A stretch of DNA of 64,000 nucleotides from contig JBLDXI010000024.1 of NCBI GenBank assembly GCA_047495785.1, positions 1,798,001 through 1,862,000 of the forward strand, written 5' to 3'. This document shows positions 1 through 11,286 of this stretch, one piece after another. Source of the stretch: Lepidodermella squamata. Its lineage: Eukaryota > Animalia > Gastrotricha. The stretch's first letter is position 1. Every line of letters begins with the position of its first letter. The position numbers were made by a program, and so were the translations under genes. Under the pieces are notes generated by a model. The model was given only the letters and a program-made list of their open reading frames with translations. It ran no database searches and was not told the origin of the DNA.

Positions 1-510
1 TTGTTTCCGCTGCGATTTCCAGTAAATCGTGATTTCAGCCCCATTTCGAAGCCGCGTCCCAGTTTCTTTCGCAACCAGAGCATCTTGATGGTTTTTGAAC
101 ACAATCGACGCAGATTGTTGGACCGGCAGCAAATTTATCCGTTTAATTGCGCCAAATTTCTCGAAATGTTCCTGCAACTCTTCACGATTATTCATTTCAT
201 CGGGGATATTCCGGCATATCAAGGTGCAATTAGCCGGAGGAGACTGGGCCTCTGAACTTTCAGTAACCGGTGAGTCGTCGTCCAATTGCGATGAAGTCGA
301 CTGCCGCTGCAATCTTCGAGCATTTGCCGCGCCGCCGAAAATTTTGTCCAGGAACAATTTCGTGGTTCGAGTTGGCCGTTTGGCGGGTTCTGATGGATTC
401 GAAGGGCCAGGTTCATTTCGGGCCAGTTGTTGGCTGGTTGAAGCGGCAGGTTGTTCGACTGGTTTGCCAAATAGCATTTTCACGGGAGGCGGGCCCCCGG
501 AATCAGCCAT
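1..510 (-). CDS. MCM3AP: 5' part of an RRM-containing protein, probably GANP/MCM3AP (xmas-2-like); runs off the window
   Basis: Open frame from ATG at 510 to position 1 (absent from ORF track, no stop): ...CTLICRNIPDEMNNREELQEHFEKFGAIKRINLLPVQQSASIVFKNHQDALVAKETG...ITIYWKSQRK resembles the GANP RRM (CKNIPD..N....L..HF...A....G...IFW); RBM26/27 is the alternative. Confidence 0.6.
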   Translation of the reverse strand, partial: MADSGGPPPVKMLFGKPVEQPAASTSQQLARNEPGPSNPSEPAKRPTRTTKLFLDKIFGGAANARRLQRQSTSSQLDDDSPVTESSEAQSPPANCTLICRNIPDEMNNREELQEHFEKFGAIKRINLLPVQQSASIVFKNHQDALVAKETGTRLRNGAEITIYWKSQRKQ

Positions 511-783
511 TGTTTATTTAAAACAAAAGAAAATAAAACTAGAAAAATCATATGAGAAAATGTTAAATTACCACCACGAATTCTTAAATTTGGATTTTGA
601 AATTTCCCTTATAAAGTCCAGAGTTTCAATTATTTCAATTTTGAAACTATTTTACCTCTTTTATTCTCAGAAACAAACATTTTTATTATTGCTCGGATAT
701 GCGTGGAAATTTTCATCATGGAATCACTAAAATGAAAAAAGAGAAAGAGAACATGAGATGTCATTGAGACGCGTAGTTAAAAT

Positions 784-2117
784 TTAGGCAGATTCATTGG
801 CACCTGCAGCTGGAGATGGACGGCGCTGCCCTTCCGAAGCACGCAGGCGGTCGAGCATATCTTGAAAAGCGATTTCCATAGCACGGTCGTCGGCGATTTC
901 GAGTGCAAGACGAGGACCTTTGACGATAGATTGGAAGCCGCGAACGTCGTCTTCGATAACAAAATACCCGCCATCAACAAGATGTTTCACCATCTGATCG
1001 ATAGTCATGCCAGTTTCTTCGCGAATTCTGAGGATTTAAGAATCAAAATTGAAAGAATAAACCAATAAAACTTCATTTCGCGTTTCGTTTCAAAAATCCC
1101 TTTGAAGAAAATATTTGTAATTCAATTAGGAAAAATGCACCTTAAAAAATAAAAGGGTCAAGCTATTCGTACATAACTATGTACGCGAAAATTGCTATTC
1201 GTACATAGTTTTGCGCGATTTTTCAGAGTTATTCAAATGGGTGTGGAAATTCGAGATTTGACAATGATACCATGGAATTTCACAGGGAGATGCAGCAAGG
1301 TGAGGCCTATCTAGTGGTCAAATTTCGTCAGATTATCTTCCAAAGTATTCACGCTAGGGTCGCGAAAAACAAATCAAATAATGCCATTTTGCGAATCTAC
1401 CTTAGGGGGTCCAATGGTGAATTTTTGAGGGGGGATAGGCCTGATGGTCAGCTATCAGCACGCAAAAAATTAGATTGATGGGATGAAAATTGAGCAAGTC
1501 GTTTATCTTAGAAAAAAGCATATCGAAACTATGTACGAATAGCAATTTCTGCGTACATACCTATGTACGAATAGCAATTTTCGCGTACATACTATGTACG
1601 AATAGACATTCCGAAAATAAAATGCGGCATTTCCCCGAAAAAATTATAATTTTAAAGACGAACTCTTGAATAATTTGACTCTCAGCGGCAGTGGTTTTGA
1701 ATTCGGCCAGGTCGATTTTGCCCATTGAATTGTGATTGTTTAAACACGCCGTCAGCATGGCTATTAGTGGAAATTTCGCGAAATCGCATAGTTGAATGTG
1801 ATTAGCATCGTCTTCGGTAAAAACCGGATGAAATTTCGACACAACAACAAATTCATTAGACGTTTCACTCAGTGGTTGTAACTGCAGACCGAAAATGTCT
1901 TCAAGAGCGTCATTAACACTGGTAAACATATCGTTAAACTGGATGTGGGTCCGCGAAGTCTCGACAAGCCGCTGGATATCTAAAATTCAAAATTAGCCTG
2001 AAAAAAATGAAAACCATTCAGAGAAAACCGACTTGAACGCGTGATTTTCTTGCCCTTCGAGGCTTTTTCCAGGATCATCAGCACGATACGCATTTTTCGA
2101 TCATGATCATCCGCCAT
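784..2117 (-). CDS. NSMCE3: MAGE-domain protein / NSE3 (SMC5/6 subunit), 3 exons (~2117-2033, ~1979-1663, 1027-784)
   Basis: Joined exons give IVLMILEKASKGKKITRSNIQRLV...FNDMFTSVNDALEDIFGLQLQPLSETSNEFVVVSKF (MAGE WH-A pattern) and LVDGGYFV...KGPRLALE (cf. MAGE WGPR..LE); GT-AG junctions keep frame. Confidence 0.7.
1163..1605. mobile_element. Non-autonomous inverted-repeat element (MITE-like) in the MAGE intron
   Basis: Tandem units ctattcgtacata..gcgaaaattg at 1163-1210 are the reverse complement of tatgtacgaatagcaattt units at ~1530-1605. Confidence 0.65.
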
Positions 2118-3082
2118 TTTGTCACCACAAAAATTAAAATCCTTAAAAATTATAACCATAAAAAATTCAAGTTTTACTCTTTTTCCAGTTCCAAATAACA
2201 TATCAGTATATATATAACAATTTTTCGAAGCAAGCATAGTATATTTGCGTCAACTCTAGCACACTCACTCAGGAAAAATATATCAGAAAATCGGTGTTAG
2301 TTCTCTCCTCCCAATATAAGAAAAACCGCAAAAATGTGTGCATAATTACAGCTATTCAAGAAAAGATAATTTCATACTCAATTCAAGCAGATTTTTTGAA
2401 AAATGGAATATTATATTGATGTTTGTACTTCGTCATTTTCCACGGCAAATCAGGCACAACCATTGTGAACTGGAAACAGGTGAGACAAGCAGGTGGTTGT
2501 AAATTTTTCGTCTTGAGTAATACAGTATTTTTCACTCACATTAAGACTGAGATTTTGAATACGATCTAAGCAGCACGAATACTACGATAATATAACACAC
2601 GGAATAAATTCAAGGTGGAGCAGTCTAGGGGACTCGCGTAGAAAACTCGACTAGTAAGCCACCTTAATTTTACGGAAGTTTACATTGCATCAACAGATGT
2701 CCGTCGCCAACAATTATTCAATTCAACTCAGCCCAGATTAATAATATTTCATATTTTAAATAATGATGATGATAACGAAAAAGACGAGAGCAGAGAGAAA
2801 GAAAGAGAAGCATTCGCGGCAGATTGAAAACAACACAACGAGTCAATTTTTGGGATTTCATTCCATCTTGAAAACTTTTCAAATTAATCGATTAAATAAA
2901 CTTTCTCTCATATTTTAATGAGATCCGAATTTTCTGGAATATATTACCATGTTTAATACTAGAGGAATCCAAAATTAGGGATGGATTTAAAATCCCGAAA
3001 ACTGACTACAGCATTACATGCTAGAAATATTCTATCGTTTCTCATTTATTTAGATTATAAATTTGCGCAATATTCATTTTAT

Positions 3083-3967
3083 TCAAATTCTAGACTGTGA
3101 CCCTTGCATGAATGCCGGGTCACCAGGCGGTGCGAATGGTGAACTAGTCGGGTACGACGGAAGGCCAGACCCGGCCATACCAGGCGCGGGCGGGGCTGGT
3201 GGCAGGCCAGTGCCAGGCGCCCCGGCTTGCGGCTGTTCGCGAACTTTAAACCACTTAGTTTCCTTGAATAAGAACCACAGATTGCCGGTCCAAACTGCCA
3301 TGCAGAGGAAACCGAAAATAACGGAAACATTCAATGATGCGTAGTCCATATCGATAAAAGAGCACATCTCCGGCTTTGCGGGTTTTATACATTTCGGCTG
3401 GCGACCGACAATATTTTGCATGTTGGTCTGAGTTTTTATGTCATTCACCCCCTGCGCCCATGCCGATGACGCTATTAAAAACATCACAGCGATAGCCAAT
3501 GAGTGCAGAAAATCGCACTGTGGAATCCAATGCATGACTTGCGATAGCTGCTCGAACGCAACGTAGAGAATTATGGTGCCCAAACAGGTCAAAAACGCCC
3601 AAACGCCGACGAAAACAAAAAACTGGGCCGATCCCTCTGAGCCTAAAACCGCAGTTTTGGTGTTATTAACTGATGGCGGATCGCACAAGTCGGCTGGATA
3701 CGATACTTGATCAATTAACCGGTAAGGGTAACTGATTTTGATGGTCGCAGCCTTCATCCCACCAGCACATGTGACGTTCATAATTCCGGTCCCGGTGTAG
3801 CCGCAACACGTTGCAAAGGCGAAAATAGCGAGTACAAACTCGATGAGGCGGATGAATCCTTTCGGTTCGAGAAGCACTCGAAAATTGTACTCAATCTGCG
3901 AAAATATCAAGGTGGATATTTTGAAAGCTATGATAATGAAAAAGCTTACCGGCACATTTAACGACAT
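3083..3967 (-). CDS. SYP: Synaptophysin/synaptoporin-family MARVEL protein (short exon 1 MSLNVP, then intron)
   Basis: EPKGFIRLIEFVLAIFAFATC, YPYRL, SAQFFVFVGV, SSAWAQG, LNVSVIFGF, NLWFLFKETKW, Pro/Gly-rich tail. Confidence 0.9.
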   Translation of the reverse strand: MSLNVPVSFFIIIAFKISTLIFSQIEYNFRVLLEPKGFIRLIEFVLAIFAFATCCGYTGTGIMNVTCAGGMKAATIKISYPYRLIDQVSYPADLCDPPSVNNTKTAVLGSEGSAQFFVFVGVWAFLTCLGTIILYVAFEQLSQVMHWIPQCDFLHSLAIAVMFLIASSAWAQGVNDIKTQTNMQNIVGRQPKCIKPAKPEMCSFIDMDYASLNVSVIFGFLCMAVWTGNLWFLFKETKWFKVREQPQAGAPGTGLPPAPPAPGMAGSGLPSYPTSSPFAPPGDPAFMQGSQSRI

Positions 3968-4054
3968 TTCTCCAGACAAAAAAAATGGTGTAAAAAATCT
4001 AGAAAATGAGCAAAATATCAATTTTAATCCTAAAAATATTTTAAATATCATCAA

Positions 4055-4811
4055 TTAGCCGATCGAATAAGTATCTGGAGGGGCAGGTTTTCCGTCTTTA
4101 AGCTTGGGGGTCTCTCGCTCGCGAGCCTTTTCAACAGCTAAACGAGCCATTTGAAGAGGAGTACCGGGTAACACAATGTCCTGCTTCTCTGGGTCAAGTT
4201 CAGCAGCGATCATTTGCCGCACCATATTTTCGTGGGCCAACGCATCATGCTCGGCGAAATCTTTCGAAATTTGAGCTGGCGGGATAAACGCTCCAGCGAC
4301 GTATCGGCCATCGGAATTCAAGAAATTAAAGGTCGTTAAAGCTTCACTCTAAAAACAAGAAATTCTCAATAATTGACTGATAAAAACAATTCCTCCCACT
4401 CACAGTCGGCATTGCTTCTAAAGCTATTCCATGCTTTTTCACAAACTGCTGGATTTCGGGTTTAAGACTCTCGCCTTCATTGCCCAAGCCAATGACAAGA
4501 ATTTCGATTTTTGGTTCAAGTAAAACAAAAGGCAATAACGCGCTTTCATCGACATCTTGCGCGTTTTTAACATTCCATTGTAAGACAGTGCGAGGAAAAA
4601 CAGCACATGGTCCGAGAATTCGTAGCGAATTTGATAACTTAAAGCCCCAATTCGAGTAAGAATCGAATACAATCCGATCGCCGATGTCCCGGCTCAAGAT
4701 ATTGACGCTAGTTCGACGGTATTCACCCTGATGAGATTCGTGAATCAAACCACGGCGTATAATTTGCTGACGAGGTTGAATAAAGCGTTGACACAATTTT
4801 ATAAAATTCAT
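4055..4811 (-). CDS. NDUFAF3: Complex I assembly factor 3 (Mth938 domain), 2 exons
   Basis: FDSYSNWGF..GPCAVFPRTVLQWNV..LLEPKIEILVIGLG..GIALEAMPT, intron, then ..TFNFLNSDGRYVAGAFIPP. Confidence 0.88.
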
Positions 4812-5036
4812 CTAAAATGGAAGATGATTTGAAAGTAAGTTAACGATATAACTTTATTCATTCGATTTTTTCCATTCAACGACGCTATACACAGGAAAAG
4901 TGTCGAGGGGCGAAATGCGATCAACTTCTCTCTAGTAGTGATGATTAGACTCTAAATATCTGTTCTTACGCAATTAAAACTCGGGTTTTATTTAGTGTTT
5001 TCATCTAGCCAGTTTTCGAATTTTGAACAGGGCTAT

Positions 5037-6582
5037 TTATATGAAGATGCGGTACATGCCGGAGCGCATGCGAGGATAGTCGTACATCTTATCGAGAGGA
5101 CCGATAGCCGCAACAGCCGGGCATTTGTCATAAACGTAGTTCATCATAACCTTCTTGATGACGTCCGCATTAACAGCCTAAAACCACAAAATTTAGGTCA
5201 TAAAATCTCGCGCAATATGAAAAAAATCATACGTTGATGCGCGCCTCCATTTCAGGCAACGGGATCCTCCGGCCGTAGCAGAGCATTTGGCGGCCGATGT
5301 CCTCGCATATTTGGGTGGTTCCGTCGAGTTGCAGGAACATGTTTGTTTTGAGGAGGTTCTTGGCACGCTCGACTTCGAAGTCAGTCACGTTGTAGCACAG
5401 ACGGATCCACTCGTGCTGCAATTCGTGAAGCATGTCAGGTACCTGGTTCTTATCGCAAACAAAGTAGGTGCCCCACAGACCAGTGTCGGTGTAGAAGGTG
5501 TTGAAGGCCTGGAAGCTGTGGCAATGAGGACCCTCAGCTGCGCGAGAGGCGAGGCGAGAAGCCAAGTGAACACCGCCGCCATGAGTGCGATCCCACGAAC
5601 CGATCAAAGTGTTCGCAATCATAAGAGGGATCGAATCGGCGCTAGCCCATCCGCATGATTCAACAGCCATCGCAACGTGAGCGAGGGGCATATCGTCTTC
5701 ACGATGACGGATCTCAGAACCGGTGAAGCGAGTTGGCGGCAGGAGAGGGATTTCGTTCGGGTAGTTGCAGCTGAGCTTTCCGAAATACTTGTCAACAAGC
5801 TTGGTTAGATTATCGTGGTCAACGCCACCAGCGGCAGCGATGACAAGGCGAGGACCCTTGTAGTGATCGCCGATATAGGCTTGGAGGTCTTTCTTTTGAA
5901 TCTTGCGAATATTTTCCTCCGGGCCCAGAATAGTCAGGCCGAGAGAAGTGCCCTGGAAGGCGGTGGCGTGCAAGTAATCGAAAACAACCTCCTGGAGGTT
6001 TGACTCGACCTCCTCCATTTCACGCAGGATGACTGAGCGCTCACGCTCAATTTCCTCCTCGCCAAGAACCGGGTTCTGCAAAATATCGGCCAGGATTTCG
6101 ACGGACTTCTCCAAGTCTTTGCTGAGACACTTGGCGTAATACACGGTCTGTTCGCGGCTAGTGTAAGCGTTCAAATGAGCGCCCATATTTTCAACCTCAA
6201 GCTCGAGCTGGGTTTGAGACCGATTCTTAGTACCCTTGAATGCCATGTGTTCGAGGAAATGGGCAACGCCGTTATTTTTCTGGCTTTCGTAGCGAGAGCC
6301 AGCATCGATCCAAACGCCGACAGTGCAAGTCTGCAGACCACTGTTCTCCGAAGCAATGCGAACTCCATTGTCCAACTTGGAAACACGAGTCTCAGGAACA
6401 TTCACCAAAACCTCATGAAGGTTAGGTTGCATGCCAGAAGCCATACGACGGCTGCTGTTCTGGTAGCGGAGGATGGGAAGCCGAGGCTTTGAAGTGGGCG
6501 CATTGGAGTAATATTTTTGCAAGGATTGGGAGGTTTTGGCCGATCGGAGAAACTTCGAAAAGCCGCGAACGCTCAGTGCCAT
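5037..6582 (-). CDS. PMPCB: Mitochondrial processing peptidase beta / bc1 core 1 (M16), 2 exons
   Basis: Intact HxxEH ([13 protein letters not shown]), [19 protein letters not shown]; last exon [27 protein letters not shown]...RSGMYRIFI* at 5177-5037. Confidence 0.95.
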
Positions 6583-7413
6583 GTTTAACAAGATACTGGC
6601 TTCCTAAAAAGATTAGTACATGTAAATAGTTATTTCTATTCTACCGCTAATATTGGGAAGGATTCTTTTAGAGTCAGAGCTCCAATTTTCAAGCTCAGGT
6701 CCTGGTGATTGAGGCCAAAGTGGCACACAACGGCCGATGTCCGGAAAAATGAAGAAATTCAAGTAATTTAAGTAATGTAGATAGATGGCTCGAGGCTCAA
6801 GGCAGCTCTTTATTCTGGTATCTGGTAATCCGCAGGCCGTAAGTCTGGTAGCTCCACGATCAAGTAAAGCTGAAAGGTATAGCAGAAAGGTACAGAACAC
6901 AATTTTGACTCAGAAATCAGAAAAAAAACACATTTTTGACAAGCGACACCCCATCGACTGACCCCGCATTCGAAATAATAACTATTTTTAAAATATAAAT
7001 CATGTGATTGCAGAGCTACTTCTCATAATAAGATTATAATTTCGGCATAAACTCTCTAATTTATTTCAGAAAGTCAAATGATTCCAGCACATTTTTTCGC
7101 ACAAGCTCTCTCGAAGTTTGCCGCGGCTTTGGAGGGTTTCGAAGGTTTAGTCAGCGGTTACGGGATGGCTCTGTGCCAACACCCTTGGAGAATAGAGGTT
7201 GTATATTCATTCATAGTCAAACCATTCTGTCAGCCGCTTGTTCCTTATCGTACTGTCTTTCTTAGTTCTTGGCGTCAAGACGTTTATTGTCTATCTTCGC
7301 TTAGTCAGTCTATCCTATCCGAGAGTCAACACCATCCCCGTGTTCCAGTACTTAGCTATTGACTATTGGCTCTTCACGTTTTTCAATTCTTGATTAATAC
7401 TAGGTTGATTAAT

Positions 7414-8791
7414 ATGCGCCTACCCGTATTTTCATACATATGCAGCCGGGAACCGTTTTTGGTGACATGTCGTAGATTTTCTGCCTCTAGTCAAAAGTCT
7501 CCCAATCAATCGATTCAGTTATTGAGTCACAATTATGCTGTCGATAAATCTTTCAATTTGAGCTCTAAAGTGGTATCCTGCATTGGTAAAAATTTGCACC
7601 GGAAAGAGCAGCACCCGCTTTGCCTTATCAAACGCAATATTGAAAACTTCTTCGTGCGGCGATACGTTAACCCGCGCGGTAATGCAATCTTCAGCTTTGT
7701 TGACAATCTTTCTCCCGTGGTGACGACTGAGCAAAACTTTGACTCGCTATTAATACCTCAAGATCATCCGAGTCGTAAGCCTGAGGATACATATTATGTG
7801 AATGAAAACACCGTGCTTCGTTCTCATACCTCGGCGCATCAGGTGGAGCTTATAAAATCTGGACTTGATACTTTCCTTTGCTTTGGAGATACCTATCGAC
7901 GCGATAGCGTTGACAGAACTCACTATCCTGTGTTTCATCAAGTTGAAGGCGTTCGCTTGTTTACCGCTCAAGCTCTTGCTGACATGGCAGAGAGTAAAAA
8001 GAGAAATCGCAATCCCGAGCTTTATCAACCCAAAGATCGAAATGTCTCGAGGCATGCATCTCACCAAGAGCTCCATACCGTTGAAGCTGCACGCATCTTG
8101 GAAGAAAATCTAAAGGGATGTTTAGAGGCATTGTGCAAACACTTATTCGGACCATCTATTCAATTCAGGTTTGCTTTATTGGTTGGGCGTTGAACGAAAG
8201 CTTTCATTACTCCAGTATTCCAGGTGGGCGGAAGAATATTTCCCATTTACACATCCTTCCTGGGAACTGGAAATCTTCTGGCAAGGCTACTGGCTGGAGG
8301 TTCTCGGCTGTGGAATCATCGAGCAGAAAATTTTGCAAAATGCGGGAGCAGGAGATTACCTCGGGTGGGCATTCGGCATGGGCCTTGAGCGCCTGGCTAT
8401 GGCCTTATATGAGATTCCTGATATTCGAATTTTCTGGTCGGAAGACGAACGCTTTCTTAAGCAATTCGCAAATGCGAAACCAGAGACTCGTATTACCTAT
8501 AAACCAGTCTCATCACACCCACCTCTTTACAACGACATGGCCTTTTGGTTACCTGACAATCGCCCGTTTGCTCAAACTGATTTTTACGACATGGTTCGTC
8601 ACATCGGAGGTGATTTAGTCGAAAGTGTCGATTTACGAGATGAATTTGTTAAGAACGGACGTAAGAGTCACTGTTATCGTTTTACTTACCGCAGTCCTGT
8701 TCGAGCTATGACTCAGGATGAGGTCACTAAAATTCATACAGATATTCGCAAGGCAGCCCAGGATCAACTTGGCGTCAATCATCGCATTTGA
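7414..8791 (+). CDS. FARS2: Mitochondrial phenylalanyl-tRNA synthetase, 2 exons (intron ~8169-8223)
   Basis: LRSHTSAHQ, YRRDSVDRTHYPVFHQVEG, YFPFTHPSWELEI, GWAFGMGLERLAM, C-terminal FDX-ACB (GDLVESV...SHCYRFTYRS). Confidence 0.95.
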
Positions 8792-8879
8792 ATAAATATT
8801 TATTAGGACTTCTCGGATCAATTAACGATTTTCATCTCTTAATAGATATGATTTAAGTTGAGAATACCATGAAAACTTG

Positions 8880-10160
8880 ATGGCGGAAGGTGGTTATGCT
8901 CGCGCGAGGGTTTCTCGCAAGAGATGCTTTCATTGTGAAGCGATTTACGAAGAAAAAGACGCACCATCGGCTCCGTTAATATGCGACTTCTGCCACTCGT
9001 TGTTATACGCTGATCTGACTCAATACGACGGCGACTCGGGTGATTCTGGCAACGAGGATGCCGATTCAATCAGCAGTGATTCCGGCTCTAACCAGGACGA
9101 AGCGTGCGATGTTGCTGAATCAGATGCCCCAGCTGGGCCCGAGGTGTTACTACCAGTGCCACCTCAAATTCCGCCAGTTTCTCGTCAAAAACTCGGCCAA
9201 TTAGCCGAGTCTATTCCTCCTGAAGTGCTTCTAGTTATTTTCAGCTACCTGGACGATCTAGGGAAATGGGCGTGCGGCAGAGTGAATAAACGCTGGGCCA
9301 GTGTTATCGATAGTATGATGTCGGAAAACGACTGGCGAGCCTACATTTTCAGACGTTGGCCATTGTTCAGCCCGAAAATCAAGGTTTCATCGTACAAAGA
9401 CCTCTATTCTAGAATCGTGGAGGTAATTTCAACGTTAATTTTGATTAATAAGCCATTTTAGCCAATTTTTTGCGATTTGAGACCCATGTAAAATTCCCGA
9501 TCATAATTACTTGGATAGCTAGCTGATTGATTAAATATTTACTGGCAAAAATTAGTTTCTGAATTTTTTGTTTTACAGTCTTCATTTTGCTTCCGATGCC
9601 TCGGAGTCGATATGTTTACGTCTTCATCGAACACGCGTCGATTGCGTCGAAGATGGCACCATTTAATTCGCCCACTCGGCGCAGAAGTCCGCTGTCTGAG
9701 AAACGACGCTCCCGATGGAATAGCCGCCCTACCTCTCGTCGACAACCGAACGTGGACGGCCTCAATAACTGGCCCGGTCGGTTCGCCATACGAAGGCGGA
9801 ATTTTCTTCCTTTCAATCCGCATCCCTGTGAACTACCCAATTTTAGCACCTCGCGTTCTATTTCTCACTCGCATTTTTCACCCGAATATTTCTCTTCACG
9901 GCGACATCGGCATCGACCTGTTTTCGCGGCAGAAATGGTCGGTGGCGGTCAGTCTATCGAAACTGCTCATTTCAATTCAATCGCTGTTGACCGACCCGTT
10001 TCCGCACATTGCCATGCACCCGTACGCCGCGGCGTTGTACATGACCGATGCGGATGCGTTCAATCAGACGTGTCGCGAGTGGACCTGGCGATATGCTATG
10101 CTCGACTACCTACCCGGCCCGCCTCTCATTTCAACCGATGAAAATTCAGAGGGCGTCTGA
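8880..10160 (+). CDS. morgue: Morgue-type protein: zinc finger + F-box + E2 variant with catalytic Cys replaced by Gly; intron 9423-9578
   Basis: CFHC...CDFC, F-box IPPEVLLVIFSYLD..CGRVNKRW, UBC fold GPVGSPYEGG...FHPNISLHGDIGID (Gly at the catalytic Cys position, as in Drosophila Morgue). Confidence 0.85.
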
Positions 10161-10773
10161 AAAATTTGAATTCTTTCTATCTTTTTTGATAATAATATGA
10201 AATTGCTCAATGTTATTCGTAATAACATAAGTTCTATTTGTTAATGACTCCGCTTCCAATTGTTTGTTTTAATAATATCGCCCTCCTCTTCAGTATATGT
10301 ATACTAATAATGATGAACTTTCGTAGACTGAGGATTAGCAATTTTATGAACTTTATTTAATAAACAGCTCCGAAAATGGATAGGAGAATAAACTGAATTT
10401 TTATGCTTGTTTTTTTGGTTTAGAATTTACAAAATCGCTTCAATTTTGAAGGGGAGTTACAATCCGGGAAGCTCTAATCGGTGGACGCTGATTATCAATC
10501 TGAAATGAAGGATTAAATTTAAGAAGCTGCTGACTTTGATGGGAATTTCAAGTTTATTGTTTCGCAGAGAAGAGTTGATTCCATCTGAAATGTGTGGAAA
10601 TGATCATGCGTCTTGTTGTAACCTTATGAAAAATTGAAAGTTTTGGAGTTACTACCTGAGTGGATTACTTACTCAATGTTACTATTACCGGTCCTGTATA
10701 AGTATTAATATTAGTGAGTGCGTCAACAAAGCTGCGCGCGTATAGCGAGATTAAAACGCGGTTGTGTATAGCA

Positions 10774-10844
10774 GCATCGGTGGTTCAGTGGTAGAATTCT
10801 CGCCTGCCACGCGGGAGGCCCGGGTTCGATTCCCGGCCGATGCA
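10774..10844 (+). tRNA. tRNA-Gly(GCC)
   Basis: GCATCGGTGGTTCAGTGGTAGAATTCTCGCCTGCCACGCGGGAGGCCCGGGTTCGATTCCCGGCCGATGCA; full cloverleaf, T-run terminator at ~10852. Confidence 0.97.
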
Positions 10845-11286
10845 AGCTAACTTTTTTCATTTTTATTTTTATTTTCAAATTATTTTCCACTCAACAATGA
10901 TTTATGGCACTTTTTCTCGGCCTTGTAAATTTTTATTTATGGAAAATCGAGTAGAAAATATTTCACACGAGTTCAACTATTGGATAAAGAATTGAATAAA
11001 TTTGACTATTATTCATTCGTGAACGGTTCTCATGTCGTGTATCGTAAAGAAAATATTAAAGCGTAATAAAGCAAAGTCTTCTCTAATTTAAATATCTTTT
11101 TTAATTGAAAAAATTGGACGCCCATAAATTTAGCTCAATTTATTGAAGTGAAAAGCCATTAAAGATTTATTGAAAATTGATCGGAAAATCGTTTTCCCCT
11201 ATTTGTACGTTTGCAGTACATTTTTGAGCTCACATGATGAAAACCTCGCTATAATGCTTGAATTTCCTCCCCTAGTTTTATTGAAA

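Noticed and set aside
95-730. 211 aa plus-strand ORF
   Set aside because: Antisense shadow of the minus-strand RRM gene; no motifs
5287-6492. Several plus-strand ORFs
   Set aside because: Antisense to the codon-biased PMPCB CDS
6620-7360. Possible snRNA/snoRNA between PMPCB and FARS2
   Set aside because: Only a short chance match (GTGGCACAC) to U11; no Sm site or structure I can support; more likely promoter or 5' leader sequence
10308-10332. C box (TGATGA) and D box (CTGA) pair
   Set aside because: Too close together for a C/D snoRNA
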